The translations under genes were made by a program, and so were the position numbers. From assembly GCA_010093995.1 (NCBI GenBank), contig ML992511.1, forward strand, positions 1,206,172 through 1,270,171: a stretch of 64,000 nucleotides of DNA, written 5' to 3'. This document shows, one piece after another, positions 1 through 10,674 of this stretch; within the stretch, counting starts at the first letter, position 1, and each line of letters opens with the position of its first letter. The DNA is from Elsinoe ampelina (lineage: Eukaryota). Below the pieces are notes generated by a model. The model worked only from the letters and a program-made list of their open reading frames with translations. It was not told the DNA's origin and did not search any database.

Positions 1-641
1 GTACCAACTCAAGATATCGTTTTATCATGGAACTCGTTGGCAAGGGTTGAATTGAAGGCGTACGAGAAAGTGTTGATCCAGTATATCCAGACGAACCACG
101 GGTGCATGTCCGGCTTGGGGATCATGCCCAGGTAGGGAGCAGCGCAAGGACTGAAACATACCTGACAGCTTGGTTGCGGCATCGAAGTTGGGAAAGCCGG
201 CGCCGATGGCTCTGAATAGAGAGGTAAGGCAGAAGGTTATGCCTACCAGAGTAAAGCAGTAGATGAAGAAGGCTTCAGCGCTGTAGATTAGTCCAACCAT
301 AAAGTATACCACAAGAGACCAGACGGACACCTAAAGCAGGATGATTGGGGTATGAGTGATGATTTGGGAAAGGCACCATGCTGCAGAATGAAGGAAGGTG
401 AATCCACGGTCTTTTGCTAGCACAGGTCGTCCAGAGAAAGAGTCCATGACTTCCAGTCGTGAGATGAGAGCGTTGAATAGAAGATGAACAGATTATTCCA
501 GGTGACACCAAGTCTTCGGTGGACTCGGCTTGTACTTGAGCTGTCATGTGTATCCTCTCGAGAGGCCAGGCTGACTTCGTGCAGAAGCTGCCAGTCGTCC
601 CATGTCGCGGCATCAGGCGACTTTCCGTCGTCTAACGACAT
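1..641 (-). pseudogene. PDR-type (ABCG) ABC transporter pseudogene, internally deleted, runs off the window start
   Basis: N-terminal PDR motif 'DDWQL...RRLGVTWNNL' (641-489) abuts TMD1 'LLFNALISRLEVMDSFSGRPVLAK...WSLVVYFMVGL...[20 protein letters not shown]' and, after a frameshift, '[34 protein letters not shown]'. In-frame stops TAG at 331-333 and TGA at 9-11. Confidence 0.85.
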
Positions 642-1278
642 GCCTGGTGGTAGGACTTGTCTTGAGCAGATGGGTTAGGAATAAAGGGTAGATTAAAGTG
701 TGTATGCTTTGGCTGATACGACATGTCAGGGTGGCAAAGGTATAGTAGACAGATGAAAGGCACCTATGCCTAGGAGGTTGATGGCAGAGTAATTGAGGCA
801 AGGTGGAATGCTGTATCTCTTGACCATCTTGGCCTGCAAACAATCGGTTATGCATGTTGATCCGATCATTCATGGAATCTGATGAATGGTGGTGATTCCG
901 GTCGACATCACGTTGGTGTGGTAGTAATCATTTACGAAGGTTGGAGGCTCCGTGCTGCTACGGAACAGGGTGTAGTCGGACGACTGTAGCATATAGGGAC
1001 CAGGACACGGCCGCGTTTGTCCGCAAGCTGCTAGGATTGCTGCGACGTGTTCGCTCTTCTAGGCAGAACAGGTGGACGTCGTTACTAAGGCTCCCGTGTG
1101 GTTTACTGATCCTGCCTGAGCCAATTAGGTCCACGCGTGAGTGATATCGAACCTTGCCCGTTGGCCCTGGATTGATCGGATTGATCACGCCGTTGATGTT
1201 TGGCGAGTATTTCATGTCCACGATGAGTGTTGGAAGAGCGGGATCTCGAGTTGATAGACAGAGATGATTGAGCATAAA

Positions 1279-2522
1279 ATGTCATCAGCAACCACCAGCA
1301 AACCGGCAAAGTCCCACAAACCGCGTGCGTCAATCTCCGAACTCGATCCCGTGGCCGCTCAGGTACATTTCCTTCTTGCATCCGCACCTTAGCAACACGG
1401 CCGGCTCGCTGACTCTCTTTAGCGACGGAGAGCGCAGACATGCAAGGCCCAACGAGCCTACCGTCAGCGGAGGAAGGACGAGATCGAGTCCCTGAGTAGC
1501 CGCGTCAACCACCTGTCGACCACCATCGAGGACCTGACCCAATGCTTCCTCGGCCTGACAGACAAGATACTGTCTTCACCATGGATTCAAGAGCGTGCAG
1601 AGGTTGCGTCGGACGTGCAAGCGGGTATAAAGAAGTTCATCGACATCACTCAAGCCGCCGAAGCACATATTGAAAATGAACAAGAGGATGCTCCACAAGA
1701 CAAGGATGCGGGCGATACAAAGAGGTCTACGTCAATGGACATGAGCAACTCTTCTGGTAGTATTTCCGTCTTCGATACTACCAGTCCACAATTCTCTGCG
1801 CAGTCTGGCGAGTTGGTGCCGGCTCACTTCAACAGTGCATCCTTCACTGCTGGTAACCCATGGCTGTCTGGACCTTTCATCAATAGCACACTCCCGGTTC
1901 TGCCAGTGTCGCCGATGGAGAATGGACCCCTGGCTTTCGCTCGTCGACTGTTCTATACCTGCATTCAATGCGCATTCGACCTCGCTTCTCGACCAGCCGA
2001 CTTTGGGGGAGTGTACGGCCTGTATGAGAAGGTCTTTCGTGGTCTCAACGGCTGGGAGAATCCAGAACGAGTCAAGCAGATACTTGGTTCGTCAATGGTG
2101 ACTGGGCGGGACATATCTCTCAATTTGGAGACAAATCCACATGGCATGGCATTGTCCAACTCGGACGGAGATCAGATGCTCAGTCCGTCAGCCGTCGCTC
2201 TCTTCTTCCTTAACCAAGGATTTCAGTACGATGCCGCTTCAGATCAATTGATGCAGGTCAAGAAAATGCCAATACGACAGCGCTCGCTAGGTGGTAGTAC
2301 TCCTGGTGCTGGCCAGGCTCGAAATATTATCCCAAGTCAACCTTGTCGAGAATCCGTCTCGATCAACGCAACTCACGTCATCATGGGTAAGTTTGATCTC
2401 TCGTGACTCAAGACCATCCCTGACATTTTGCAGACTTGATCAACAGAGCGCAGTGTCTCGGCACCACACCAGGATTTCCGAAGGACACTGTGCCTATCTC
2501 GTTGCTCAAAGCTATGGGCTGA
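1279..2522 (+). CDS. bZIP transcription factor, exons 1279-1362, 1423-2386, 2434-2522
   Basis: Spliced model gives basic region 'RRRAQTCKAQRAYRQRRKDEIESLSSRVNHLSTTIEDL' and C-terminal 'LINRAQCLGTTPGF'. Both introns are GT..CTGAC..AG and keep frame. Confidence 0.85.
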
Positions 2523-2586
2523 GAGGTATGCCTATCTATCTACATAGCCAGGTGCTTAACTCGCGGCCTCTGTGGAGCTGGCTTGC

Positions 2587-3999
2587 TCACAGCATACCAA
2601 TAGCCTTGCCGTCACGCTTCCATACTCGACCATCCTTGATGACCCAGCTCACTTTTCGGAGAGCTGTGATGTCCTCTCTCGGATCGCCTTCAACAGCAAT
2701 CAGGTCTGCAGCCCAGCCCTCTTCAAGACTGCCAAACCTCCTACCACACCAGTCCCCGCCACAAGCATCCCACCCGTGCAGGGTGGTAGCTGTCAATGCC
2801 TCCTCGACTGGTAGGCCAGCATCAACCAGGAGCTCCACCTCCCGCACATTCTCTCCGTGCGGGAACGCACCTGTGTCCCCTCCGGCCGCAATCTTAACAC
2901 CTTCATCAAACGCCGTCTTTGTCTGCTGGAAGATCGTCTTCATCATCTCTGCACTAGCGTACAGCTCACAAACACTCAACGTTGGCACGAAGATCGTACC
3001 ATTCTTCTTCATCGCCTTTACAGCATCATCCGACCTCACAAACCCGTGCTCAACAGTCGTCGCACCCGCATCAGCAGCCATAATCACCGCCTCGGGCTCA
3101 CTAGCATGACAAGCGACCGGCGCCCTGCCCCTCCTCGCCTCGTCAACCATGACATTCATCTCCTCCTGCGTGAACAAGGGCAAATTCGGATTCCTCGCGT
3201 CCCCGATCCGCCTCTTCTCCGGATCCGCGTCCTCCTGTCCTCCTGGCGGGAATATCACATCCCGACACCCAGGCCACTTGGGCTGCGGCCACCTCAGCTC
3301 TCTCCGCCTGTAATCCGCGTAGATCTTCACCACGTCCGCACCGGCGCCCAACCGTCTCCGTACAGCGGCGCGACACTCCACCGGCCCATCGCAAGGGTCC
3401 GCGAGGCGATTCACCTCTGTTCTGGGGCGCGACTCGATCCGGACTTCATACCCCGCCGACGAAGCCAATGGATCAGTGGCGCAGAAGATCCTCGGGCCAG
3501 GTATGATTCCCCGATTGATCGCGTCACGAACATGCACGTCTGCGTTGCCCGCCCCTTCGGTGCCCAGGTCGCGGTACGTGGTGTAACCCGCCAGCAAAGC
3601 GGTGCGGCAATGGTTGGCTGCGCGCAGGGTGCGTTCGACAAGGGACTCGTCGCGTTCTTGGCTGATACTGGGTGTTTCGCTGTAGGAGTGAAGGAACATG
3701 TGGGCGTGGGCGTCCACGAGGCCGGGGAGGACTGTGAGGTGGCGGAGGTCGATGTCGCCTGGGGAGGTTGGGAAGGGGTCGAAGCCGCGGTGGGTTACGG
3801 AGGTGATGAGGCCGGAGGCGGGGGAGATGATGAGGGTGATGTTTTTGAGAAAGGATTTGGTTGTTGAGGAGAAGAGGAGGCGGGTGTGGATTTTGTAGGG
3901 CTTGGATTGGTCGCCGGAATGACCTGCGGATGAGGTTGTGGGGATGCTGGTAGGATTGACGATGGAGGGATCAGTGGTGGACGCCATCTTGCGGACCAT
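2587..3999 (-). CDS. Metal-dependent amidohydrolase (Xaa-Pro dipeptidase/ochratoxinase-like, peptidase M38 type)
   Basis: 470-aa intronless ORF with 'PGLVDAHAH', 'GYTTYRDLG', 'GADVVKIY', 'ACHAS', 'TVEHG', 'AGGDTG', 'ADLIAVEGDP'. Alternative start at 3987. Confidence 0.9.
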   Translation of the reverse strand: MVRKMASTTDPSIVNPTSIPTTSSAGHSGDQSKPYKIHTRLLFSSTTKSFLKNITLIISPASGLITSVTHRGFDPFPTSPGDIDLRHLTVLPGLVDAHAHMFLHSYSETPSISQERDESLVERTLRAANHCRTALLAGYTTYRDLGTEGAGNADVHVRDAINRGIIPGPRIFCATDPLASSAGYEVRIESRPRTEVNRLADPCDGPVECRAAVRRRLGAGADVVKIYADYRRRELRWPQPKWPGCRDVIFPPGGQEDADPEKRRIGDARNPNLPLFTQEEMNVMVDEARRGRAPVACHASEPEAVIMAADAGATTVEHGFVRSDDAVKAMKKNGTIFVPTLSVCELYASAEMMKTIFQQTKTAFDEGVKIAAGGDTGAFPHGENVREVELLVDAGLPVEEALTATTLHGWDACGGDWCGRRFGSLEEGWAADLIAVEGDPREDITALRKVSWVIKDGRVWKRDGKAIGML

Positions 4000-4593
4000 G
4001 TTGAATTGTATCTAACGACTGACGCCGCGCGATGTGAAAACTAATTGTAAATATCTAGATGAGGTTTCCAAGAAGGAAGAGTGTTATCTTGTCGCCTGTA
4101 CCTCGCTAGACACTGACGGCGGCGGCTATGGGTCGTCGAATTGGCCCCGCGATTCGGATGATTGTGCCGGTCAGACTTCCCGCCTGAATGACCAACTGGG
4201 CCTTGTAGCAAGAATGCTCACACTACCAGCGTCGGTCATACTGCTCTGAGAGTGTCAAGGTAAGGAATGATCCGAGATGCTCTCACGGATCGTCGGACAA
4301 AACCCGCTGACCTGATATCCGAGTAGAGATGATCATTCCTCCTATTTGACGACTCCCATGACATGCTTTAAGCACTTCAATGTCATCGAACGAGACCAGT
4401 GAGAGACACAGTCAGTTGTGTCGAGAATGAAGTGCATTCCGACAAGCTATCTGCAATCCATCTCTCCAATTCACTGTCTCGCATTCACAGACACTGCCTC
4501 TCAACCAACCCTCGAACAGACGCGGAAGTCTCCCATCGACCTTTCGACCCAATAGACCGCTTGTCGGCCCTTTGACCAGATTCATTCGGATAT

Positions 4594-5014
4594 CTACTTC
4601 AACAACTTGATCGCCTTTGCGATATCCTCGACGCTCCTCGCGTTATTGGCCCTGAAGCATCGCAACCCAGGCGGACAACGACCATTGACAAAAGTACCAG
4701 CGATACCAGCCGTGTTCCTATACATCATCAGTTTCTCTGCATCCATACATCCCCAAGATAGATCAGGCAGGCATTCGGACTCACCTGATACAAGCAGATT
4801 GACCACCAGAGCAATCGGCCTTGACGCAGCAGAACTGGCTTCCGCATTGCTGGGCGATGGAGATGCCCCCGACGCCATTGCACTGCTGGAGGGTCTGGCA
4901 GGTGCCGTCGATGTTGCCTGCTGGAACGTTGGTGATGCCTGCTGGGTTGAGCTCGCAGGCTTGTTGGGCCATGGCGCCGGCGAAGGCGAGGGAGAGGATG
5001 GTGAGGAACTTCAT
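4594..5014 (-). CDS. Small secreted cysteine-rich protein A (117 aa, 10 Cys, two defensin-like modules), exons 5014-4785, 4717-4594
   Basis: Signal peptide MKFLTILSLAFAGAMA. Intron 4718-4784 (GTGAGT..CTGAT..TAG) gives a 354-nt CDS: CELNPAG..GTCQTLQQCNGVGGISIAQQCGSQFCCVKADCSGGQSACIRNTAGIAGTFVNGRCPPGLRCFRANNARSVEDIAKAIKLLK. Confidence 0.85.
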
Positions 5015-6644
5015 GTTGATTTTGAGGTCTTGGGTCTGGAATGAGTGGTTTGAATGGGTGGTCTTGGCTGCTTTGTGGCTTCTGTTGCTTGTCCTTCTGG
5101 GATTTTATGCGATGCAACTCGCATACTTATACCTCTCCTCTTACCTGGTGGTATGCGTCTCGCTCACCGAGATGTCTCGGCGATCTGTGACGATGTTCTG
5201 CTTTGTAGCATGGTATACCTCGCCTGCAGCGGTCTCCTCACTGACCTGTAGACTGTCTCGTCAATGTTGGATGTAACACTGACACGGCACGGCGCTTGAA
5301 GGCCTAGTTTACAATCTCGGCGATAAATGATGCTGTTGTCACAAGATGCATCGTGCGTCGGCGCGTACTGCGCCATCACTAAGGAGTGGTGATACTCAAG
5401 GACATTGGTGGCGTTCAGGATGGCGATAGACGTTGGTGCGGCCCGACGGTGGTAGTTCGGCTTGTTTTCACATGCTCCGTGTATGCGGGAGGCGTCGCTT
5501 GGGAACAAGCTTCGATCTGGTTGTATTCTACCGGTCGATAGACAAGGCATCTTCGCTTGCGTGTGGGAGCCAGTAGAGCGTCCCGTGTCAGGGGGTTTGA
5601 CCTGTGAGAGCATACGGGGAAGGCGCTAGTGGTGTACCTTGCACCGAGAGCATTGTTGTCCCGGGGGTCCGGAATTTGTCATGGCGTCGCTGGCTTCAGG
5701 GCAGTAGAAGTCCACGTCGGACCCAAGCAATGGGGTGTGCGGTCTGGACTATTCAATGACAGGGCTTCTCGCCGCTGTGCCTGGTTTGGTTCAAGAATGA
5801 AGCTGTCGCCGAAGCCCAAACCAGAGAGCTGAGGAGAATTCTCTCCTGGCTCACTACCCATCGATGTGCTTCTGCATCGACAGGCTGGCGGTCTGGTAAG
5901 AGCTAGCTAGCTGCACAGACTGAATGTTCTGCCCGTCACTAAATGAAGCTTGAGCTTATACATCATGCTTGAACGTAATGCCAAGTAGAGTAATCTGTCA
6001 GATCAGTCTCGCATGACTCGTCCCGATAGGAAGAGATGAGAATATTCCGAAGGTGTTTGAAAGAAGGTTGGACATGAGGGAAAAGTGACCAGTAAGAAGA
6101 AAGAAATTCATGAAACAGAAAAAGGAGATCATGGAGATCATAGATTAAATATGCGGGGGTCGGCAACGATGCATGGAATCACGTGCGCTAGACCTGATGC
6201 AGCAGGGGAAGTGTGCTCCGATCAACCATGCAGAACTGTACATGACGTTTGTCGATTCACCACTCCTCACTTCTAGCTTCTCGTATATGGTCCGTACCGT
6301 TCTATGATCGTGAACAGTGCACTCGATAGAGAGACATTCAAGGTACACAGACTACCAGTACACAGACAGTGGTAGGCCGTGCTCAAGCTAACGGTATGGT
6401 GACGCAAGCTTATCGAGGTTGGTAAAGTGTAGTCTATGGAAGCGATATGCAACGTTGCGAAGAATGAAAGGGCGTATTGATGGCACTGCTATGTGTATGA
6501 AGGCCCATTTCCCGAGCACATGGACTCGGCGAACAGGAGTCATGGCCTGATCAATGGCACTTCCGGTGGAAATACCCATCGACGTGTGGTATGTACCCTC
6601 CAGGTCCAGCTAGGGCGACCATCCTACGCAGCCGGGACACTACC

Positions 6645-8060
6645 CTATCGAGGGTGTTTGCTCGACAGCCTGGCATTCATGCCAACGATGCACCTCACGA
6701 GGTCCCAGTCCCCGTTGTCTCCTACCCAGTCGCACACCACAACTCCAGCAGAGCCATCACCTCTGTTATCCTTGTCATGATTCATGGCCAAGTGACCAAT
6801 GACTGCAGGATTGACCTTTGCCGCGATTCGATCAGGCCAGCATCCAACCTTCCAAAAGTTGCTCGCCGACAAGAAATTGAGGTATAGTGGACCCCCTCTC
6901 GCCTCGTCAATGTTACATTCTTCTCCGCTGGACCGGTCCAAATGTTCGCAGCAGACACGGATCTTCTGGTCGATATTCTCCGTTTCCAAAACTTCACAAA
7001 AGTCTTGAACACAAACGTCACCATGTCTGTCATTTGGGGTGTTGTATGCCCAGTTCTCGGCGTCGATGTAGATACCTCGTCCGCCCCATTCGCCGCGGAG
7101 ACGATCATCGAGGGCGAAGCGACGCATGACGACAATTTTGCCGCGAGCTTCGCCTAAAGTAGGTAGACGTGGTTCGGTGTACCACTTGTCGTCGCCAGGG
7201 CGAGCGTAATGATCCTTCAAGATCATGGAGAGTTGAGCATCGTTGTGTGTGCCAGGACCTTCACGCTTGATGGACATGATGACAGTCTCTGAGGGGTTCG
7301 CATCCAGGAAGGAGCGGGTCTCATTCACAAGATCGCGCAGGTACTTGTTTCCGGTCAGAGAGATGGGGAAAACACCATGTACGAGAATCAGACCGTCCCT
7401 GCCTGGATCCTCTGGAGATTCTGGTTGAACACGAATGTCGAAGAAGCGGACGCCATTGTCTAGCTGAGCTCGGATGCCAACTGCCTGGCAACGAACTGAC
7501 GGAAGAGCTTTGTGGCAGGTAGGCGAATTGTGGGTGCCTGGTATAGAGAGGGCTGATATGGGAGTTCTATCATTGAGGTGGCCCATCCAGGAGTTTAGGT
7601 CGGATGAGGAGTAGACGGCTAAGAAGGATTGGCTAGGTAGGTAAACTCCAGTGAACTGCTTGTGAGCATCACCTCCTAATGGAACAAAGGTGGCTGAAGA
7701 ATTGGACGGCGTAGGAGCGTCGATGCGGTAACGCTGACCATCATTCTCGAAAGTCAATCGTGTGATCTCATCGGGACCTCGCTCAGTTGGCCTGATATCG
7801 GTGTGGGCAGTAGTGAATGGATCGATTCTGATGTTGACGTCCTGGCGGGCAAAGGACTCTGCGTTCTCGGCCACTTCACGCTTTGTGGGATTGGGAATAG
7901 CTCCACTCGTGGCATTGGAGACGAATGAAGTGATGTTGCGAGTAAAGTTACCCAATCCCTGAGGTGCTGCCGCTAATGGGTTGGCAGTCTCATATCTCTC
8001 GACCAGCTTCAACTCGAGTGGCGAGCTAGTAAAGTTGCGAATCTTCAAGGGTTCTGACAT
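6645..8060 (-). CDS. Phosphatidylinositol-specific phospholipase C (PI-PLC X domain, bacterial-like fungal type)
   Basis: 'WM..L.D..PISALSIPGTHNS', 'RCQ...I..QLDNGVRFFDIR', 'LVHG', 'FLDANPSETVIMSIKRE', 'PTLGEARGKIV', 'VQDF'. Likely start MSEPLKIRN at 8060; no signal peptide. Confidence 0.9.
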   Translation of the reverse strand: MSEPLKIRNFTSSPLELKLVERYETANPLAAAPQGLGNFTRNITSFVSNATSGAIPNPTKREVAENAESFARQDVNIRIDPFTTAHTDIRPTERGPDEITRLTFENDGQRYRIDAPTPSNSSATFVPLGGDAHKQFTGVYLPSQSFLAVYSSSDLNSWMGHLNDRTPISALSIPGTHNSPTCHKALPSVRCQAVGIRAQLDNGVRFFDIRVQPESPEDPGRDGLILVHGVFPISLTGNKYLRDLVNETRSFLDANPSETVIMSIKREGPGTHNDAQLSMILKDHYARPGDDKWYTEPRLPTLGEARGKIVVMRRFALDDRLRGEWGGRGIYIDAENWAYNTPNDRHGDVCVQDFCEVLETENIDQKIRVCCEHLDRSSGEECNIDEARGGPLYLNFLSASNFWKVGCWPDRIAAKVNPAVIGHLAMNHDKDNRGDGSAGVVVCDWVGDNGDWDLVRCIVGMNARLSSKHPR

Positions 8061-8887
8061 TGTGGTTATTGATACTGTTTTGGTCGACTTTCGAGATGAG
8101 GATGAAAATATTCCCATGAGGGGCAAGATCCGGTAAGGTACCTCAGGGCACCTCAGGATTCAGGTACCCCTCAATGCCTCGATGGATCCGCCGTCGATCC
8201 GCAGGGTTGCACGCGTGGCTGAAGGACAGTGCCGGATCGAAGACATGATTGGCTGTTTCATCATGACAAAATGGGAAAGCGCACATCTTGGCAGTCACGG
8301 ATCTGTATTACGTAATACAGACTCTACCTAGCCCTAGAGTACAGCGATGGATTTTTGCGTTGACGGGTCTATCAAACATCCTGATACCAGCCGCAAAAGG
8401 GCTCGAACATGCACACTTTGACCTCTGAGATGATCAAATGGTGATTGCATTGGATCTGAGAAGAATCGCGGATCCAACGACCGAGAGTGAGATGCATATC
8501 AGATTGAGGCAGACTCACTATCACACCGCAGCAATCGATGGATGAAGTGCATCGTGGCTCCGTTGTCGTTGATCACCAATCAGACCGAAGAACTCCCCTC
8601 CCGTCCTGGTAGTTCTGACAACGTTGCTGGAACACATGGGAACCAGATCAGGGAAGAGACTCCTCACTGCATTCGTCTTGCAGGGCACCTAATGCAGAAA
8701 GCCAACTCTTCTCGTAATGGTTTAGGTTTTTTGTTCCAGATACTTCAGGATGAGCAAATATCAGCCACGATGGCAACGGCCCAGATATGTTGGATAACCA
8801 GTCAAATGCCGAGTCCATTGTCTATAGGTGCCGCTCATTCTATAACTATTGTATTGTACATCCTCTCGAAAGTCCAGTATGCTTGCT

Positions 8888-9984
8888 TTACCACCTTGCA
8901 GTATGATGTGGCATCGACGTCAACTCCACTTGGTCTTGATCTTGCGAGACCCGCTCAGAGTGACCTTCCTCTTGGTCACCTTTATCGAAGGCTTTCGATT
9001 TGATCAAGGTAAACCCGGGATGACCAACGATTAGGCACGGGACGGCAACAGCCATGACGCTATCAAGCAATGTCAGTAAGATCACCAAGCCATGACCTGA
9101 CAAAGACTTACACCGATTCCAGGGCGATGAACATCGGCTCATCTCGGAACCAATGGCTGAAGTACCCTTCATGTAGCTCGACGATACGATAAGTGCAACG
9201 AAGCAGTATCAGAAGCGCCGACAAGAAAGTGGCTACCAGCAAGACCTTCAATCGCTTATCGAGCAATGCTTGACGACCCTTTCTACGACAGGTGATGATA
9301 TAGTCGACGAAGAGAATGCAAAAAGCAGTCAAGGTAACGACCTGGAACACCAGACCGCCGAGAGAGATGTGAACTCCTTGATCGACATCTGCCCTGGTCT
9401 TGCCTAGGCTGGAGAGTGCTCCACCAACAGCCTGAAGGACCAAAGAAACAACATCGCAGGGGATGAAGATCCAGTAGACCAGTCGCGGTGATAGTCTCGA
9501 TATCGAAGGGTCGACATGTGTGATGCTGGTTGTATCAGTCAGTCATAGCTCGGCCAGCCTCCCCATGGTACTCACATCTGAGACAGTAGGACATAGATTG
9601 CCGAGCAGAAGAACACTGGCGCTACAGTGATACAGACTATCACCGTGTCAGCAACCTGTCTCGATCCCCAGCACCAATCTACTCACTGATCTGGATGAGG
9701 AAGCCATTGAAGGAGAAAGGATTATCGTGGATCATGATTCTTCCAAGATATCCTACGATCTCGAGTACACACCCACTCACCATGGCTGCTGTGAAGCCCC
9801 ATGTCCGAGTCCAGACGCCTTGGACTACGAAGAGGAGCAGCCAGAGGGAGAAAAGACCGATGAAAGTCGCGCTTGCTGGGACAGAGGGCTGATACTCAAG
9901 GACACTGGCCGAGAGGGGGCAGAGATCCAAAGTACAATTGGCGTTCGGTCCAAACGCAATCAGGCCATCTGGTAGTCGGGACAT
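8888..9984 (-). CDS. RTA1-like 7-TM lipid-translocating exporter, 4 exons
   Basis: 'CTLDLCP...Y.PS', 'GCVLEIVGYLGR', 'QIICITVAPVFFCSAIY', 'FIPCDVVSLVLQAVGG', 'GLVFQV', 'RCTYRIVELHEGY', 'HPG'. GT-AG introns near 9637-9686, ~9527-9575 and ~9059-9111. Confidence 0.9.
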
Positions 9985-10674
9985 CGTGTTGAAGCTGCCG
10001 TGGGTACCCTGAGTCCACTGGTATACAGATTCGACCTTTGGTGGGATATAGACGCCAGGAAGGGACGATGGTTGATGCTGTCGTCCTACAGAGCTCCAAT
10101 ACCGACGCCAAAGTTACCTGGTATCTGACGAATGCCATAGGGACGAGAGTGAGAGGACAGTGATATATACAACCCCCGTATGCATGAGTGATCTCACACC
10201 TGGTGGATCCCGGCATCTCTCCTCCAACGGGTCCAAGACGAGATCCACACCAAGGCAGCCATTTATTCGATATCCCAAGCAGATTTCGGCGTGATTACGG
10301 GTCGAATCATAGGCGGCCGTTGAGAGTGTCTGAGATAAGATGGCGCGGAAGATTTGGCCGAATCGAAAAATCCGATGTTGACAGTCCGGAATTTTTGGAC
10401 AGACCATCAACCCACGTGGAACAATGACGATGACTAACGTGACAACACGGCTGTATATATGACATCTCTGGTAGATCTGTCGTATGAAATCGAGGGCAAG
10501 TATCGTACATTCCAATATTCCAACCCCTAGATACAATCGTGAAAAATATCCACACACGTGCTCTGGAAAATTTTGGACCATGTCTCAAGCCCGTCGTCGA
10601 AGCGAACCCCACTCTCTCCCACGCGAGGGAAGAAGTGATAGAGCCATGTCTCAGGCCCTGTGAAGCGAAGCCAT

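Noticed and set aside
2291..3867. Long + strand ORFs (272 aa, 336 aa)
   Set aside because: Antisense shadows of the GC-rich amidohydrolase; no motifs.
4594..5014. Hydrophobin call for the Cys-rich proteins
   Set aside because: Hydrophobins have the 8-Cys C-CC-C-C-CC-C pattern; these have C-C-C-C-CC modules.
5390..5404. 15-bp match (tgatactcaaggaca) to RTA1 exon 1 at ~9890
   Set aside because: Similarity does not extend on either side; probably chance.
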